From IMG/VR virus record IMGVR_UViG_3300033067_000795, positions 1 through 36,868 of that record: a stretch of 36,868 nucleotides of DNA. One strand, written 5' to 3'. The notes below the pieces were generated by a model. The model ran no database searches. It was not told the DNA's origin and saw nothing but the letters and a program-made list of their open reading frames with translations. The position numbers and the translations under genes were made by a program. The DNA is from a virus. Lineage: Duplodnaviria; Caudoviricetes. Of the stretch, positions 26,559 through 33,636 are shown piece by piece (position 1 is the stretch's first letter; each line of letters begins with the position of its first letter).

Positions 26559-26869
26559 GTCTCGACCCCGACCGGTGCGCGTGACTGCCTCAGCGCCAGG
26601 GTCACCAGGCGCGCACGGCTGTCGTGCTCATTTAGCATTTCATGACCGCCAGGCCGAGCCTTGCCGTTATGTCCGACGCAGACCGTCAACAACGATTTCC
26701 GCTCTTCGTGCATCCAGAGCTCGACCAGGCCGAGCGCATCCTGCAGCAACTGGATGTTGCGGTGCTGGCGCACCAGCGCCGACGCGCAGGCAGTCTCGAA
26801 AGCGTCCTGCGGGTCGCAGTGTTCGGCCAGCCAGATCGGGTCATGCTGGATGTGGGTGGGTTGACGCAT
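26555..26869 (-). CDS. Hypothetical protein
   Basis: GAGGA RBS; coupled to downstream ORF. Confidence 0.6.
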   Translation of the reverse strand: MRQPTHIQHDPIWLAEHCDPQDAFETACASALVRQHRNIQLLQDALGLVELWMHEERKSLLTVCVGHNGKARPGGHEMLNEHDSRARLVTLALRQSRAPVGVET

Positions 26870-26941
26870 GGGGTCCTCTGAAAATTTGGCGCGGCCGGCG
26901 TGTCTGCGCTGGCTGCGCGTGGTGCTGCGTTTGCGTGGCGC

Positions 26942-28357
26942 TCACAGCGCCAGTTCGTGCTGGCTGGGGTGGGCCGGCTGCCGCTGCAGCTCGTAGCCCT
27001 GCCCGTTGGTTTTGCGGGCAATCAGGCCTTCATCGACCAGGCTCTGCAGGTAGCGCCGCACGACGACCGTGCCGCCGCCCTCTGCCGCCTGAATGGCGCG
27101 CACGCTCGGCTTGAGCTGGCCGGCTGTGACGGCGGCACGCACCCGCAGGTAGCGCGCCGAGGCCTTGCCTTCCGTGCCCGTGTCGATCTTCTGGCCGTCC
27201 TCGACTCGGACGGTGCGCGGCGCGCGGCGCTGTGACCGTGACGCTTTTGACTGGGCGCGCGCTGCCGGCACCGTGTCTGCGTCGGCACAGTCCGCCGGGG
27301 CGGCCGTGTCTGCGTGAGCACGGTCGTCCTGTAGCGGCGTGCTGGCGTCGGCACAGTCAGCTGTGGAAACCGTGTCTGCGTGAGCACAGTTTCCCTGGGC
27401 GGGTGTGCTGGCGTCGGCACAGTGGAGTGTGTCTGCGTGAGCACGGTCTTGCGCCGGCGCAGCGACTGGCATGATGCTGTAGCGAATCGAGCTCGGGGTG
27501 GGAGCCGGCACCATCCTGGCAACCGTGGCAGAGGAGGGTGCCGCATGCGCTGCCGTCCCCATCATGGCCGCCGACCCGACCACAGCCGCCGGCACCGCCA
27601 CCCGGGCCGCGCCGTCGCGAGCCCAGCGCCCGGCCGCGCCCAGCTGACGCGCTGCCCAGGCCAGGCGGGCATTGCCAACAAACCAGCCTGCCGAGCTGGT
27701 CAGCAGCATGCCCGACAGCATCAGCAGGATGGCAAACGCCGCGTTGTGTGCCTGCGCGCCATCGTCACCCAGGATGCTCTCCATCGTCGGGCGCCGGCTG
27801 GCGTGCAGCTGGCCCAGCTCGGCGGACAGACTCTGGGCTTGGGCTTCCAGCGCGGCGGCGTCTCGGATCGAGCGCGCGCCATCGGCTCGGCTGGCTGCTA
27901 TGACCGACTGGCTGCTGTGCTGGCCCGCCTCCAGCAGCGCGGCGGCGTTGCGGCGGTGGGCGGCAATGCTGGCCTGCAGCTGCTCGATGCGGCTGTCCGT
28001 GCCCGTGACCTCCGCTACCCCGGCGCGGCCGATGGCGGCTTGCGTCGAGTAGATCGTCACGGTCTCGAACGCCGCCAGCGACAGCGCCATGACCGTGAAG
28101 GCCAGGCGCCATCTGCCCGACCCCGGCCCGCGCACCATCGAGGCAATGAAAAAGAAGAACAGCTCGGCAATGACCATCAGGTAGCCGGCCTCGATGCGCG
28201 TCTGGCGCAGCGCGCCGTCGGGCATGATCAGCTCGATGCCGTGGGCAAAAAACTGCGCGTTGTCCACGTTGATGGCAATGCCGACCGCGAAGGCTGCCGC
28301 GCCGATCAGCACGGCGGCGCCGGGGCTCAGGTCTGACAGGCGGTTGGCGGTGCTCAT
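26942..28357 (-). CDS. Membrane protein (about 4 TM plus coiled coil) with internal repeats and C-terminal winged helix (FtsK-gamma/SpdB-like architecture)
   Basis: Hydrophobic segments, coiled coil RIEQLQASI...LEAQAQSLSAELGQL, xAxADT/CADAST repeats, PSVRAIQAAEGGG..VVRRYLQSLVDEGLI; GGAGG RBS at ATG 28357. Confidence 0.75.
   Translation of the reverse strand: MSTANRLSDLSPGAAVLIGAAAFAVGIAINVDNAQFFAHGIELIMPDGALRQTRIEAGYLMVIAELFFFFIASMVRGPGSGRWRLAFTVMALSLAAFETVTIYSTQAAIGRAGVAEVTGTDSRIEQLQASIAAHRRNAAALLEAGQHSSQSVIAASRADGARSIRDAAALEAQAQSLSAELGQLHASRRPTMESILGDDGAQAHNAAFAILLMLSGMLLTSSAGWFVGNARLAWAARQLGAAGRWARDGAARVAVPAAVVGSAAMMGTAAHAAPSSATVARMVPAPTPSSIRYSIMPVAAPAQDRAHADTLHCADASTPAQGNCAHADTVSTADCADASTPLQDDRAHADTAAPADCADADTVPAARAQSKASRSQRRAPRTVRVEDGQKIDTGTEGKASARYLRVRAAVTAGQLKPSVRAIQAAEGGGTVVVRRYLQSLVDEGLIARKTNGQGYELQRQPAHPSQHELAL
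27273..27444. repeat. Six 16-bp quasi-palindromic repeats GTG(TCT/CTG)GCGT(CG/GA)GCAC
   Basis: Starts at 27273, 27306, 27339, 27372, 27405, 27429 (spacing 33, 33, 33, 33, 24). Confidence 0.9.
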
Positions 28358-28455
28358 GCCAGCCTCCAGAAATCCCAGATCCGCGCCAGTTCGGCCGCCA
28401 GCACAGCGGCGATTGACCAGAGCAGCGCTTCGAGCGCTTGCATCCATTTGTCCAT
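28354..28455 (-). CDS. 33-aa hydrophobic leader peptide coupled to the membrane/wHTH gene
   Basis: MDKWMQALEALLWSIAAVLAAELARIWDFWRLA; GGAG RBS; ATGA overlap. Confidence 0.5.
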   Translation of the reverse strand: MDKWMQALEALLWSIAAVLAAELARIWDFWRLA

Positions 28456-28466
28456 GGTGTCGTACT

Positions 28467-28555
28467 CCATCGTCGTGTGAGGGAGTCGAGGCAGGCGGCA
28501 CGACGATCCGCCGTTCAGCGCGGCCAATTACCTCCGCGCCTAGCCTCGACCAAAA
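28467..28555 (-). ncRNA. Duplicated three-way-junction leader element, copy B
   Basis: GGTCGAGGC/GCCTCGACT outer stem, GCGCGG/CCGCGC and GGCGG/CCGCC hairpins, then CACACGACGATGG. Confidence 0.65.
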
Positions 28556-28560
28556 CTGAT

Positions 28561-29682
28561 TCAGGCAGCGACTGCCAGGCGGGCGCGCTGCGCCTTGAGG
28601 TCGGACAGCGACAGACCCAGTGCCGCCGCGGCGCTGGTGATGGTGGCGTGGCTGACGGCCTCGCCGGCCGAGAACCGCGTCACGGCTCGCTGCGCCCACC
28701 CGGTGCCGGTGACGGCGCCCACGCCAACAGCGGCCACCCGGCGCGGCGCCGGGGTGCTGGTCGGCCGGCTTGCCGGCTGGGGCATCAGCGTCGGGGCGCG
28801 CATGGCCTCGATGGAGCGCTGCAGCAGCGCGGCCTGCACCGCGTCGGCCTGGGCGCGGGCCTGGCGCTTGGCTGCCTCGTCGAGCAGAGCAGGCTGTCCA
28901 GCCGCCTCCGGCCGGTACCAGTCGGCCCGAAAGAAGTTCCGGGTCGAGCGGGCCAGGATCCACTGCGCAGCAGCCGCCGGCGTGATGCCGGCCAGGCCGG
29001 ACTGCTGCACCAGGTCTGCCAGGTTGACCGGCTCGCGCTTGCCGTTGGCGGCTCGCTGTGCGTTGACGGCGGCCAGCAGGTCGGCATCGATGGCGGCGCT
29101 GGCGGTCTCGGCGTCTGCCGGCTGTTCCGGCTGTCCGGTCTTCAGGTCTTCAGGAATCGACGGGGAGGGGGGCGGCGTCTGCGCCGGCTCGGTGGCCCGC
29201 CCCTGCGCCTCAGACCCTCCCTCAGAGTCCATCTCAGAGCAATACCCAGAATGGCGGACACCCATGTCCGGGGTCAGGGTCGCAAATGTCCGGGGTGACC
29301 GCTCCGAATGTCCGGGGTCGGTGTCACAAATGTCCGGGGTATCGCTGGAGTTATCCACAGGCCCGGCAGCCGGCTTCCTGCTGGTCTCCGACTCGGCCAG
29401 CGCCGGGGTGTTGATCGCGTACACGCTGCATTTGCCGACCCGACCCACGCGCGCCACCAGGCCGCAGGCCACCAGCGCATCGATGTGGCGGCCGGCCTGC
29501 TTGCCGCTCAGGCCGCTGCGCCGGCCGATGGTGTCCAGGGAGATCGTGCTGCGGCCGGTTCGGCCATCACGGCAGCGCGCCAGGGCGATCAGGGCCAGCT
29601 TCTGCCCGCCGGGCAGCTCGATGTCGCAGGCGTTGATCAGGGCAACCAGCCCGGGGTGTTTGAGTCCGCTGTCCAGCGTCAT
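28561..29682 (-). CDS. Second replication-initiator-like protein (N-terminal HTH_36-type winged helix, internal iterons)
   Basis: KLALIALA...G.STISLDTIGRRSGLS.KQ..RHI.AL...GLV; PVDN.. followed by TPDI/TPDM repeats, the typical phage Rep layout. Confidence 0.78.
   Translation of the reverse strand: MTLDSGLKHPGLVALINACDIELPGGQKLALIALARCRDGRTGRSTISLDTIGRRSGLSGKQAGRHIDALVACGLVARVGRVGKCSVYAINTPALAESETSRKPAAGPVDNSSDTPDICDTDPGHSERSPRTFATLTPDMGVRHSGYCSEMDSEGGSEAQGRATEPAQTPPPSPSIPEDLKTGQPEQPADAETASAAIDADLLAAVNAQRAANGKREPVNLADLVQQSGLAGITPAAAAQWILARSTRNFFRADWYRPEAAGQPALLDEAAKRQARAQADAVQAALLQRSIEAMRAPTLMPQPASRPTSTPAPRRVAAVGVGAVTGTGWAQRAVTRFSAGEAVSHATITSAAAALGLSLSDLKAQRARLAVAA
29264..29359. repeat. Putative origin: four ATGTCCGGGGT iterons plus DnaA box
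   Basis: Iterons start at 29264, 29286, 29308 and 29330 (exact 22-bp period); TTATCCACA at 29351-29359. Confidence 0.82.
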
Positions 29683-29693
29683 GGTGTTGTCGT

Positions 29694-29786
29694 CCATCGT
29701 CGTGTGAGGGGAGGTCGAGGCAGGCGGCACAACGATCCGCCGTTCGGAGCGGGTAGCTACTCCCGCGCCTAGCCTCGACCAAAAAA
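29694..29786 (-). ncRNA. Duplicated three-way-junction leader element, copy A
   Basis: GGTCGAGGC/GCCTCGACC outer stem, GCGGG/CCCGC and GGCGG/CCGCC hairpins, then CACACGACGATGG. Confidence 0.65.
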
Positions 29787-29792
29787 CAGGTG

Positions 29793-29830
29793 AAAAAAAG
29801 CCCGCTCAGCCGGGAATCGGCTGGCGGGTT
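29793..29830 (-). terminator. Rho-independent terminator (leftward) just upstream of copy A
   Basis: AACCCGCCAGCCG-attcc-CGGCTGAGCGGGCTTTTTTT on minus strand. Confidence 0.8.
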
Positions 29831-30121
29831 GAAGCCCTGCAGCAAGTGCGGGGAAAGAGCAAGGGTTGAGCGCCGAGCCGCTTGCGTAAAGCGCGCATCT
29901 CTTCACCCGGGAATCCTCCTCACCGCCAGGCGGCTAAGACCTGGCCGGCTCGACGCTCAAGACAGCACCCTGCGAACACTGCAGTAGCGCCTGCCGGCCC
30001 ATCCGGCAGGTCGCTGCAGGGCGCTGACTTGAGGGCGCTCGTCTCTCCGAGCCGTCACAGAATCCGATCCAGCGTGTCTCTGTTCGCCGCTCCCCGTCTA
30101 CTTCCAGGGTGTCAACCGGCT

Positions 30122-30334
30122 TCAGGCGCCGGTGACCTCGGCCTGCTCGACCTTCGTTGCGTCCTCGACGACCTTGCCGACTGCCAGCAGCGACACCAGA
30201 TCGAACTGGCCTGCGACCTCGATATCGAAGCGCGACTGTGCGACGTGGCGGATCGCCTGAGCCTGATTGGCAGCTCGCACCAGGCGGTGCTCGTCGGTCT
30301 CTGTGTCGGTGATAAGGTAGATGCGCGTGCTCAT
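30122..30334 (-). CDS. Conserved hypothetical phage protein
   Basis: TRIYL.......RLVRAANQAQAIRHVA motif; GGAGGAG RBS. Confidence 0.75.
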   Translation of the reverse strand: MSTRIYLITDTETDEHRLVRAANQAQAIRHVAQSRFDIEVAGQFDLVSLLAVGKVVEDATKVEQAEVTGA

Positions 30335-30540
30335 GCGTGCTCCTCCCGGTCATCGCCGGAAAGCGGGGCCAGCGCGTCTTCGGTCCACCACTGCTCAGCC
30401 GCGCGGCCGTCGGCGCTTTTGTAGCGCACCTGGTAATGGTTGATGCAGTTGGTGTATTCGGCACGGCCAATGACATGGCCGCGTTCGCCAGATGCCTTGA
30501 TCTCGACAGCCTGGCTCAGGTCAAAAGAAAAATTGCTCAT
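30331..30540 (-). CDS. Conserved hypothetical phage protein (small beta-barrel-like)
   Basis: SGE.G.VIGRAEY......Y..RYKSADGRA.E.WW.EDAL. Confidence 0.72.
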   Translation of the reverse strand: MSNFSFDLSQAVEIKASGERGHVIGRAEYTNCINHYQVRYKSADGRAAEQWWTEDALAPLSGDDREEHA

Positions 30541-31065
30541 TCGTGTAGCGCACTCTGGTGGTTGAAAACCCCAGCGCCCTCGATGCCTGAAGGCGCTCGG
30601 GTTTTCGGCCTGGCGGTTTCAGCCCTTCGGCGCCCTTAGGCGCCTACCCGGCGTGACCTGCCAAGCCTGTGCCCGCCGTTACCACGCCACGACAGGTAGG
30701 CGCCGCCTGGGATGACCCTGGCGGACTGGCCCTGTGACTTCTGCGCGCGCCACCGTGGCGAGCTGGGTGCAGGGAGGACCAGACTTGACCCGCTTCCTGT
30801 TCTGCAGGGGCCGATGGAGCAGGGCGCTTTCTACGTGGGGCCGGTCACCGCTGGGGTGACGGCCGCTCAGTCGCGCCTGGGGTATCCGATGGGTTGTGAA
30901 CGATCCTGTCGGGCGGTCCGGTCGCATGGCTCGTGCGAGCGCCAGTGCGGCGCGACTCCGGACGGCTGGGGTGCATTCACGTTGCCTGCTGCACCGGCCT
31001 GGCCTGCGGGCTGTACGTCGATCCGTCTTGCCCTTGCCGTCGCTTGTCGCTGCGGCATGGGATGA

Positions 31066-31112
31066 AGTTTAGACTAAACTAAACCAAAAGTAAATTTAAA
31101 GCTAAACATTTT
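31066..31112 (-). promoter_or_regulatory. PL/OL: leftward early promoter with repressor operators
   Basis: Minus strand TTTACT-N17-TAAACT; GTTTAG-N6-CTAAAC operator plus a weaker second copy; same motif as in the cI-cro gap. Confidence 0.75.
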
Positions 31113-31188
31113 TTCGAGAAGCCTTTACCCATCCACTTCAAGAGCCGGGCGGGACGGAGGGGGAAGGTCGTTGCATTTCGCGTGGCTA

Positions 31189-31216
31189 TGGCGTCCATAC
31201 GCCAAAGGCGTACAAT
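31189..31216 (+). promoter_or_regulatory. Promoter/operator of the TA-like cassette
   Basis: TACGCC-aaa-GGCGTA palindrome (31198-31212) overlapping -10 TACAAT; ATG 6 nt later (leaderless). Confidence 0.65.
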
Positions 31217-31222
31217 CTGCCC

Positions 31223-31456
31223 ATGTTCAGCGCTCGCTTCAATCGCCCCGTCATCCTGACCCGTCACGCGGCACAGCGCATGGCCGAGCTGTTGGCCGTG
31301 GTGGACACGGGCGACACCCGCTACAAGGACGAGACCCACCTGTGGGCCTTCAAGCATCTGGACGACCGCGCCGACAACCTGGTCTGCGCCGTGCTGGTGC
31401 TCGAAGACGCCGTGGTGGTCAAGACCGTGATGCACCACTTCACCCCGGAGGCATGA
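31223..31456 (+). CDS. DUF4258-like (BrnT/RelE-like) putative toxin, possibly with a short in-frame deletion
   Basis: ILTRHAAQRMAE...VVVKTVM motif; upstream of a DUF2283-like gene. Confidence 0.68.
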   Translation: MFSARFNRPVILTRHAAQRMAELLAVVDTGDTRYKDETHLWAFKHLDDRADNLVCAVLVLEDAVVVKTVMHHFTPEA

Positions 31457-31459
31457 GCC

Positions 31460-31657
31460 ATGCGAGCCACCTACTACGACGACGAGGACACCTTGGTCCT
31501 GCACCTGTCCGACAAGCCCATCGCACGCGAGGCCTCGCAGGACTGGAACACCCACATCAGCTATGCCGCCGACGGCACCATCGTCGAGATGGTGTTCCTC
31601 GAAGCGTCCGCGCAAGGCGTGCTGCCGGTCGAGGTGCTGCATGGCAAGGCCGCCTGA
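31460..31657 (+). CDS. DUF2283-like protein (putative antitoxin)
   Basis: YYDDEDTL.LHLSDKPI....YAADG.IVEM.FLEAS; GGAGG RBS. Confidence 0.78.
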   Translation: MRATYYDDEDTLVLHLSDKPIAREASQDWNTHISYAADGTIVEMVFLEASAQGVLPVEVLHGKAA

Positions 31658-31865
31658 GTCGTGCGATCTTGATGTTGCCGCGCTGCTGCAGGACATTCGC
31701 GCTGGGGCTGGCCTGTCGCAATCCGGATTCGCCCGCGCGCTGGGGCTGTCCGTTCGCACGCTGCAGGAATGGGAGCAGGGCCGCAAGCACCCCAGTGGCC
31801 CAGCACAGAAGCTGATCGAGCTGGTCAGCCGGCATCCGCAACTGCTGGCCGAGCTGGCCGCCTGA
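31641..31865 (+). CDS. XRE-family HTH regulator (HigA/YiaG-like)
   Basis: IRAGAGLSQSGFARALGLSVRTLQEWEQGRKHPSGPAQKLI; GAGGTG RBS. Confidence 0.85.
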   Translation: MARPPESCDLDVAALLQDIRAGAGLSQSGFARALGLSVRTLQEWEQGRKHPSGPAQKLIELVSRHPQLLAELAA

Positions 31866-31873
31866 GCGGGGCG

Positions 31874-31897
31874 CAAAAAAACCGCCCGGGGGCGGTT
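31874..31897 (-). terminator. Terminator downstream of cI (between convergent units)
   Basis: AACCGCCCCCGGGCGGTTTTTTT on minus strand. Confidence 0.7.
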
Positions 31898-31974
31898 GTG
31901 AGGGGTTGCGGTGTTCAGCGGTCTGGCTTCTCAAGGTCCAGCGTGCCACCTCCCCGGGAACGGGATCACCCGGG

Positions 31975-32469
31975 CTACGCGGCGCGGTTTTCAGCGGCCG
32001 GCATCGAGCCGGCGCTTGCCTGCTGCAGTCTCTCCAGGGTGGCTACCGCATCGCTTCGGCTGGCTTGACCATTCATCCACTTGATCAGCACCGCGCGGCC
32101 CGCATCCTGCAGCAGCGGCGAGAGCCCATCCACCACGGTTTGCAGCTCGGCCAGCACGCCATCTAGGCCGCGCGGGGTAGGTGCCGGCAGCGCCGTCAAG
32201 TTCGATGCCTCGATCCGCCCACCTGCCGCCAGCATCTCGCCTTCGCCGGTGGCGAGCCCCTGCTCGAACCATCTTGGTGACAGCTCCAGCTTGGCGCAAA
32301 GGCTTTCCGCAGCCCTTTCCCCAAAAGGCTCGTCCGGGTTCAGCAGCTGCGTGATTCTTGCCTTAGTGAGCCCAGCCTTTCTGCCGAACTCCGCCTGATT
32401 CCCGGCGTAGGGCTTGCCCGCGATCAGGGCTCGCAACCTGTCTTTGCGGTGTTTGGTCAGATCGTCCAT
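31975..32469 (-). CDS. cI: CI-like immunity repressor (HTH; no S24 autopeptidase domain)
   Basis: NQAEFGRKAGLTKARITQLL...FGERAAESLC.KL.L...WF; divergent from cro; probably leaderless after -10 TATGCT. Confidence 0.85.
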   Translation of the reverse strand: MDDLTKHRKDRLRALIAGKPYAGNQAEFGRKAGLTKARITQLLNPDEPFGERAAESLCAKLELSPRWFEQGLATGEGEMLAAGGRIEASNLTALPAPTPRGLDGVLAELQTVVDGLSPLLQDAGRAVLIKWMNGQASRSDAVATLERLQQASAGSMPAAENRAA

Positions 32470-32537
32470 GTTAAGTAAAGCATAAACAAACATGGTTAAG
32501 TAGAATCTTGCCCAAAAGGTTAAGAATGGGCTAAACT
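32470..32537. promoter_or_regulatory. OR region: three operators GTTAAG-N6-(C/A)TAAAC-like with divergent PR/PRM
   Basis: GTTAAGtaaagcATAAAC (32470), GTTAAGtagaatCTTGCC (32495), GTTAAGaatgggCTAAAC (32519); PR TTGCCC-N18-TAAACT. Confidence 0.8.
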
Positions 32538-32543
32538 CTAGGC

Positions 32544-32813
32544 ATGAAAAGCCTTCGAGACTGGATTGATGAGGGGCGCGGCCGGTCCGCAGCTCTGGCA
32601 GCGCACCTTGGCGTTTCGCCTGCGCGCATGTCGCAGATCGTGGATGCTGGCGTCCCGGTGAAGTTCATGCTGCAGGTGAACAGCTTCACTCGCGGTGCCG
32701 TCACGCTGGAATCGATGATCACTACCCGCGCATCAGGCCGTCAGCACCCCGCCCGCAAACCCAAGGCCGCCGCGTCCGATATCGAACCGGCTGCGGCCGA
32801 GCAGGGGGTGTGA
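32544..32813 (+). CDS. cro: Cro-like repressor (YdaS-type HTH)
   Basis: RGRSAALAAHLGVSPARMSQI...T.GAVT; divergent from cI. Confidence 0.82.
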   Translation: MKSLRDWIDEGRGRSAALAAHLGVSPARMSQIVDAGVPVKFMLQVNSFTRGAVTLESMITTRASGRQHPARKPKAAASDIEPAAAEQGV

Positions 32814-33035
32814 ATGAGCACTCGTCTTGAAATCACCCTGAGCGATCTGGGAGGCTGGCAAGTCGTGGCCAGCCACCCGTTCGGACACGCCTTCACCGGC
32901 TATTTCCGTACCGATGCTGACGTGTGCAAGCACATGGCCGCCTGGCTGGCTGAGCTGCGCGCCGAGGCCGCACTGGGCCGCAACGAGACCATGGAAGAAG
33001 AGCGCGCCCGCGTTCAGTCCGTGGTGACCTTGTAA
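32814..33035 (+). CDS. Hypothetical protein
   Basis: Directly follows cro; overlaps a convergent gene. Confidence 0.5.
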   Translation: MSTRLEITLSDLGGWQVVASHPFGHAFTGYFRTDADVCKHMAAWLAELRAEAALGRNETMEEERARVQSVVTL

Positions 33036-33211
33036 GCCTGGTCGAACTCGATCTGCACCATGCGTACCCCATCCACGACGCCGCGATCCTTGACCCGATA
33101 CAGGGTCAGGTCGCCGCTGCCGAAGGACACCTGCGCATCGTCCTCCAGCGTGTTGATGAAGTTCTGCAGCTGCCGCTTGAGCTCGGCGCCGCTGATGGTC
33201 TTGATTGTCAT
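33014..33211 (-). CDS. Small antisense gene inserted in the rightward operon
   Basis: MTIKTISGAELKRQLQ...LTLYRVKDRG....VQIEFDQ; AGGAAAGGA RBS; own -10 candidate TACGAT. Confidence 0.65.
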   Translation of the reverse strand: MTIKTISGAELKRQLQNFINTLEDDAQVSFGSGDLTLYRVKDRGVVDGVRMVQIEFDQAYKVTTD

Positions 33212-33338
33212 GGGTCGTTCCTTTCCTGGTGAAAGTGGTTGGCGTTGGAACCACCATCGTAGCCGGCTGGAACGGCCCGCCCACTCCGTTGTCGCCTGAC
33301 TGCCCATGCTCTTCCACGACCATCAAGGAGTCGCCGCC

Positions 33339-33617
33339 ATGTTCGTTGCCTTCGAGCCCAGCAAGCTGACCGAAGAGGTCAAGACCCATGTGCCGGACGC
33401 CACCAAGCTGCTGGCCGCGCGCAAGGCCGCCAGCCTGGGCATGACCCTGAGCGAGTACCTGCGCGACCTGATCTGCCTGGACAACCATGGCGCCTCCTAC
33501 GACGAGCTGATGATGGCCCATCGTCGCGCCCTGCGCGCTGGATCGCAAGGGCCAGCTGTGGCCCAGTCGCAGCCCAGCACTGGCCAGGACGCCCCCGAGT
33601 ACCGCGTCAAGGCCTGA
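33339..33617 (+). CDS. Ribbon-helix-helix-like regulator in the cII position
   Basis: KLTEEVKTHV......RKAASLGMTLSEYLRDLI; AAGGAG RBS. Confidence 0.7.
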   Translation: MFVAFEPSKLTEEVKTHVPDATKLLAARKAASLGMTLSEYLRDLICLDNHGASYDELMMAHRRALRAGSQGPAVAQSQPSTGQDAPEYRVKA

Positions 33618-33636
33618 TATCCACCCGAAGCCCATC

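Noticed and set aside
26871-26877. Second GGGTCCT (cosQ-like) heptamer
   Set aside because: It is the reverse complement of the RBS region of the 26555-26869 gene and has no cosN-like dyad nearby
27273-27444. Repeat array as a mini-CRISPR
   Set aside because: Repeats of only 16 bp and spacers of 17 bp or less, alternating variants, inside an intact ORF, no leader or cas genes
28358-28963. ORF-track extension of the membrane/wHTH gene to 673 aa
   Set aside because: Overlaps the rep-like gene and the leader element; GGAGG plus ATG at 28357 is the credible start
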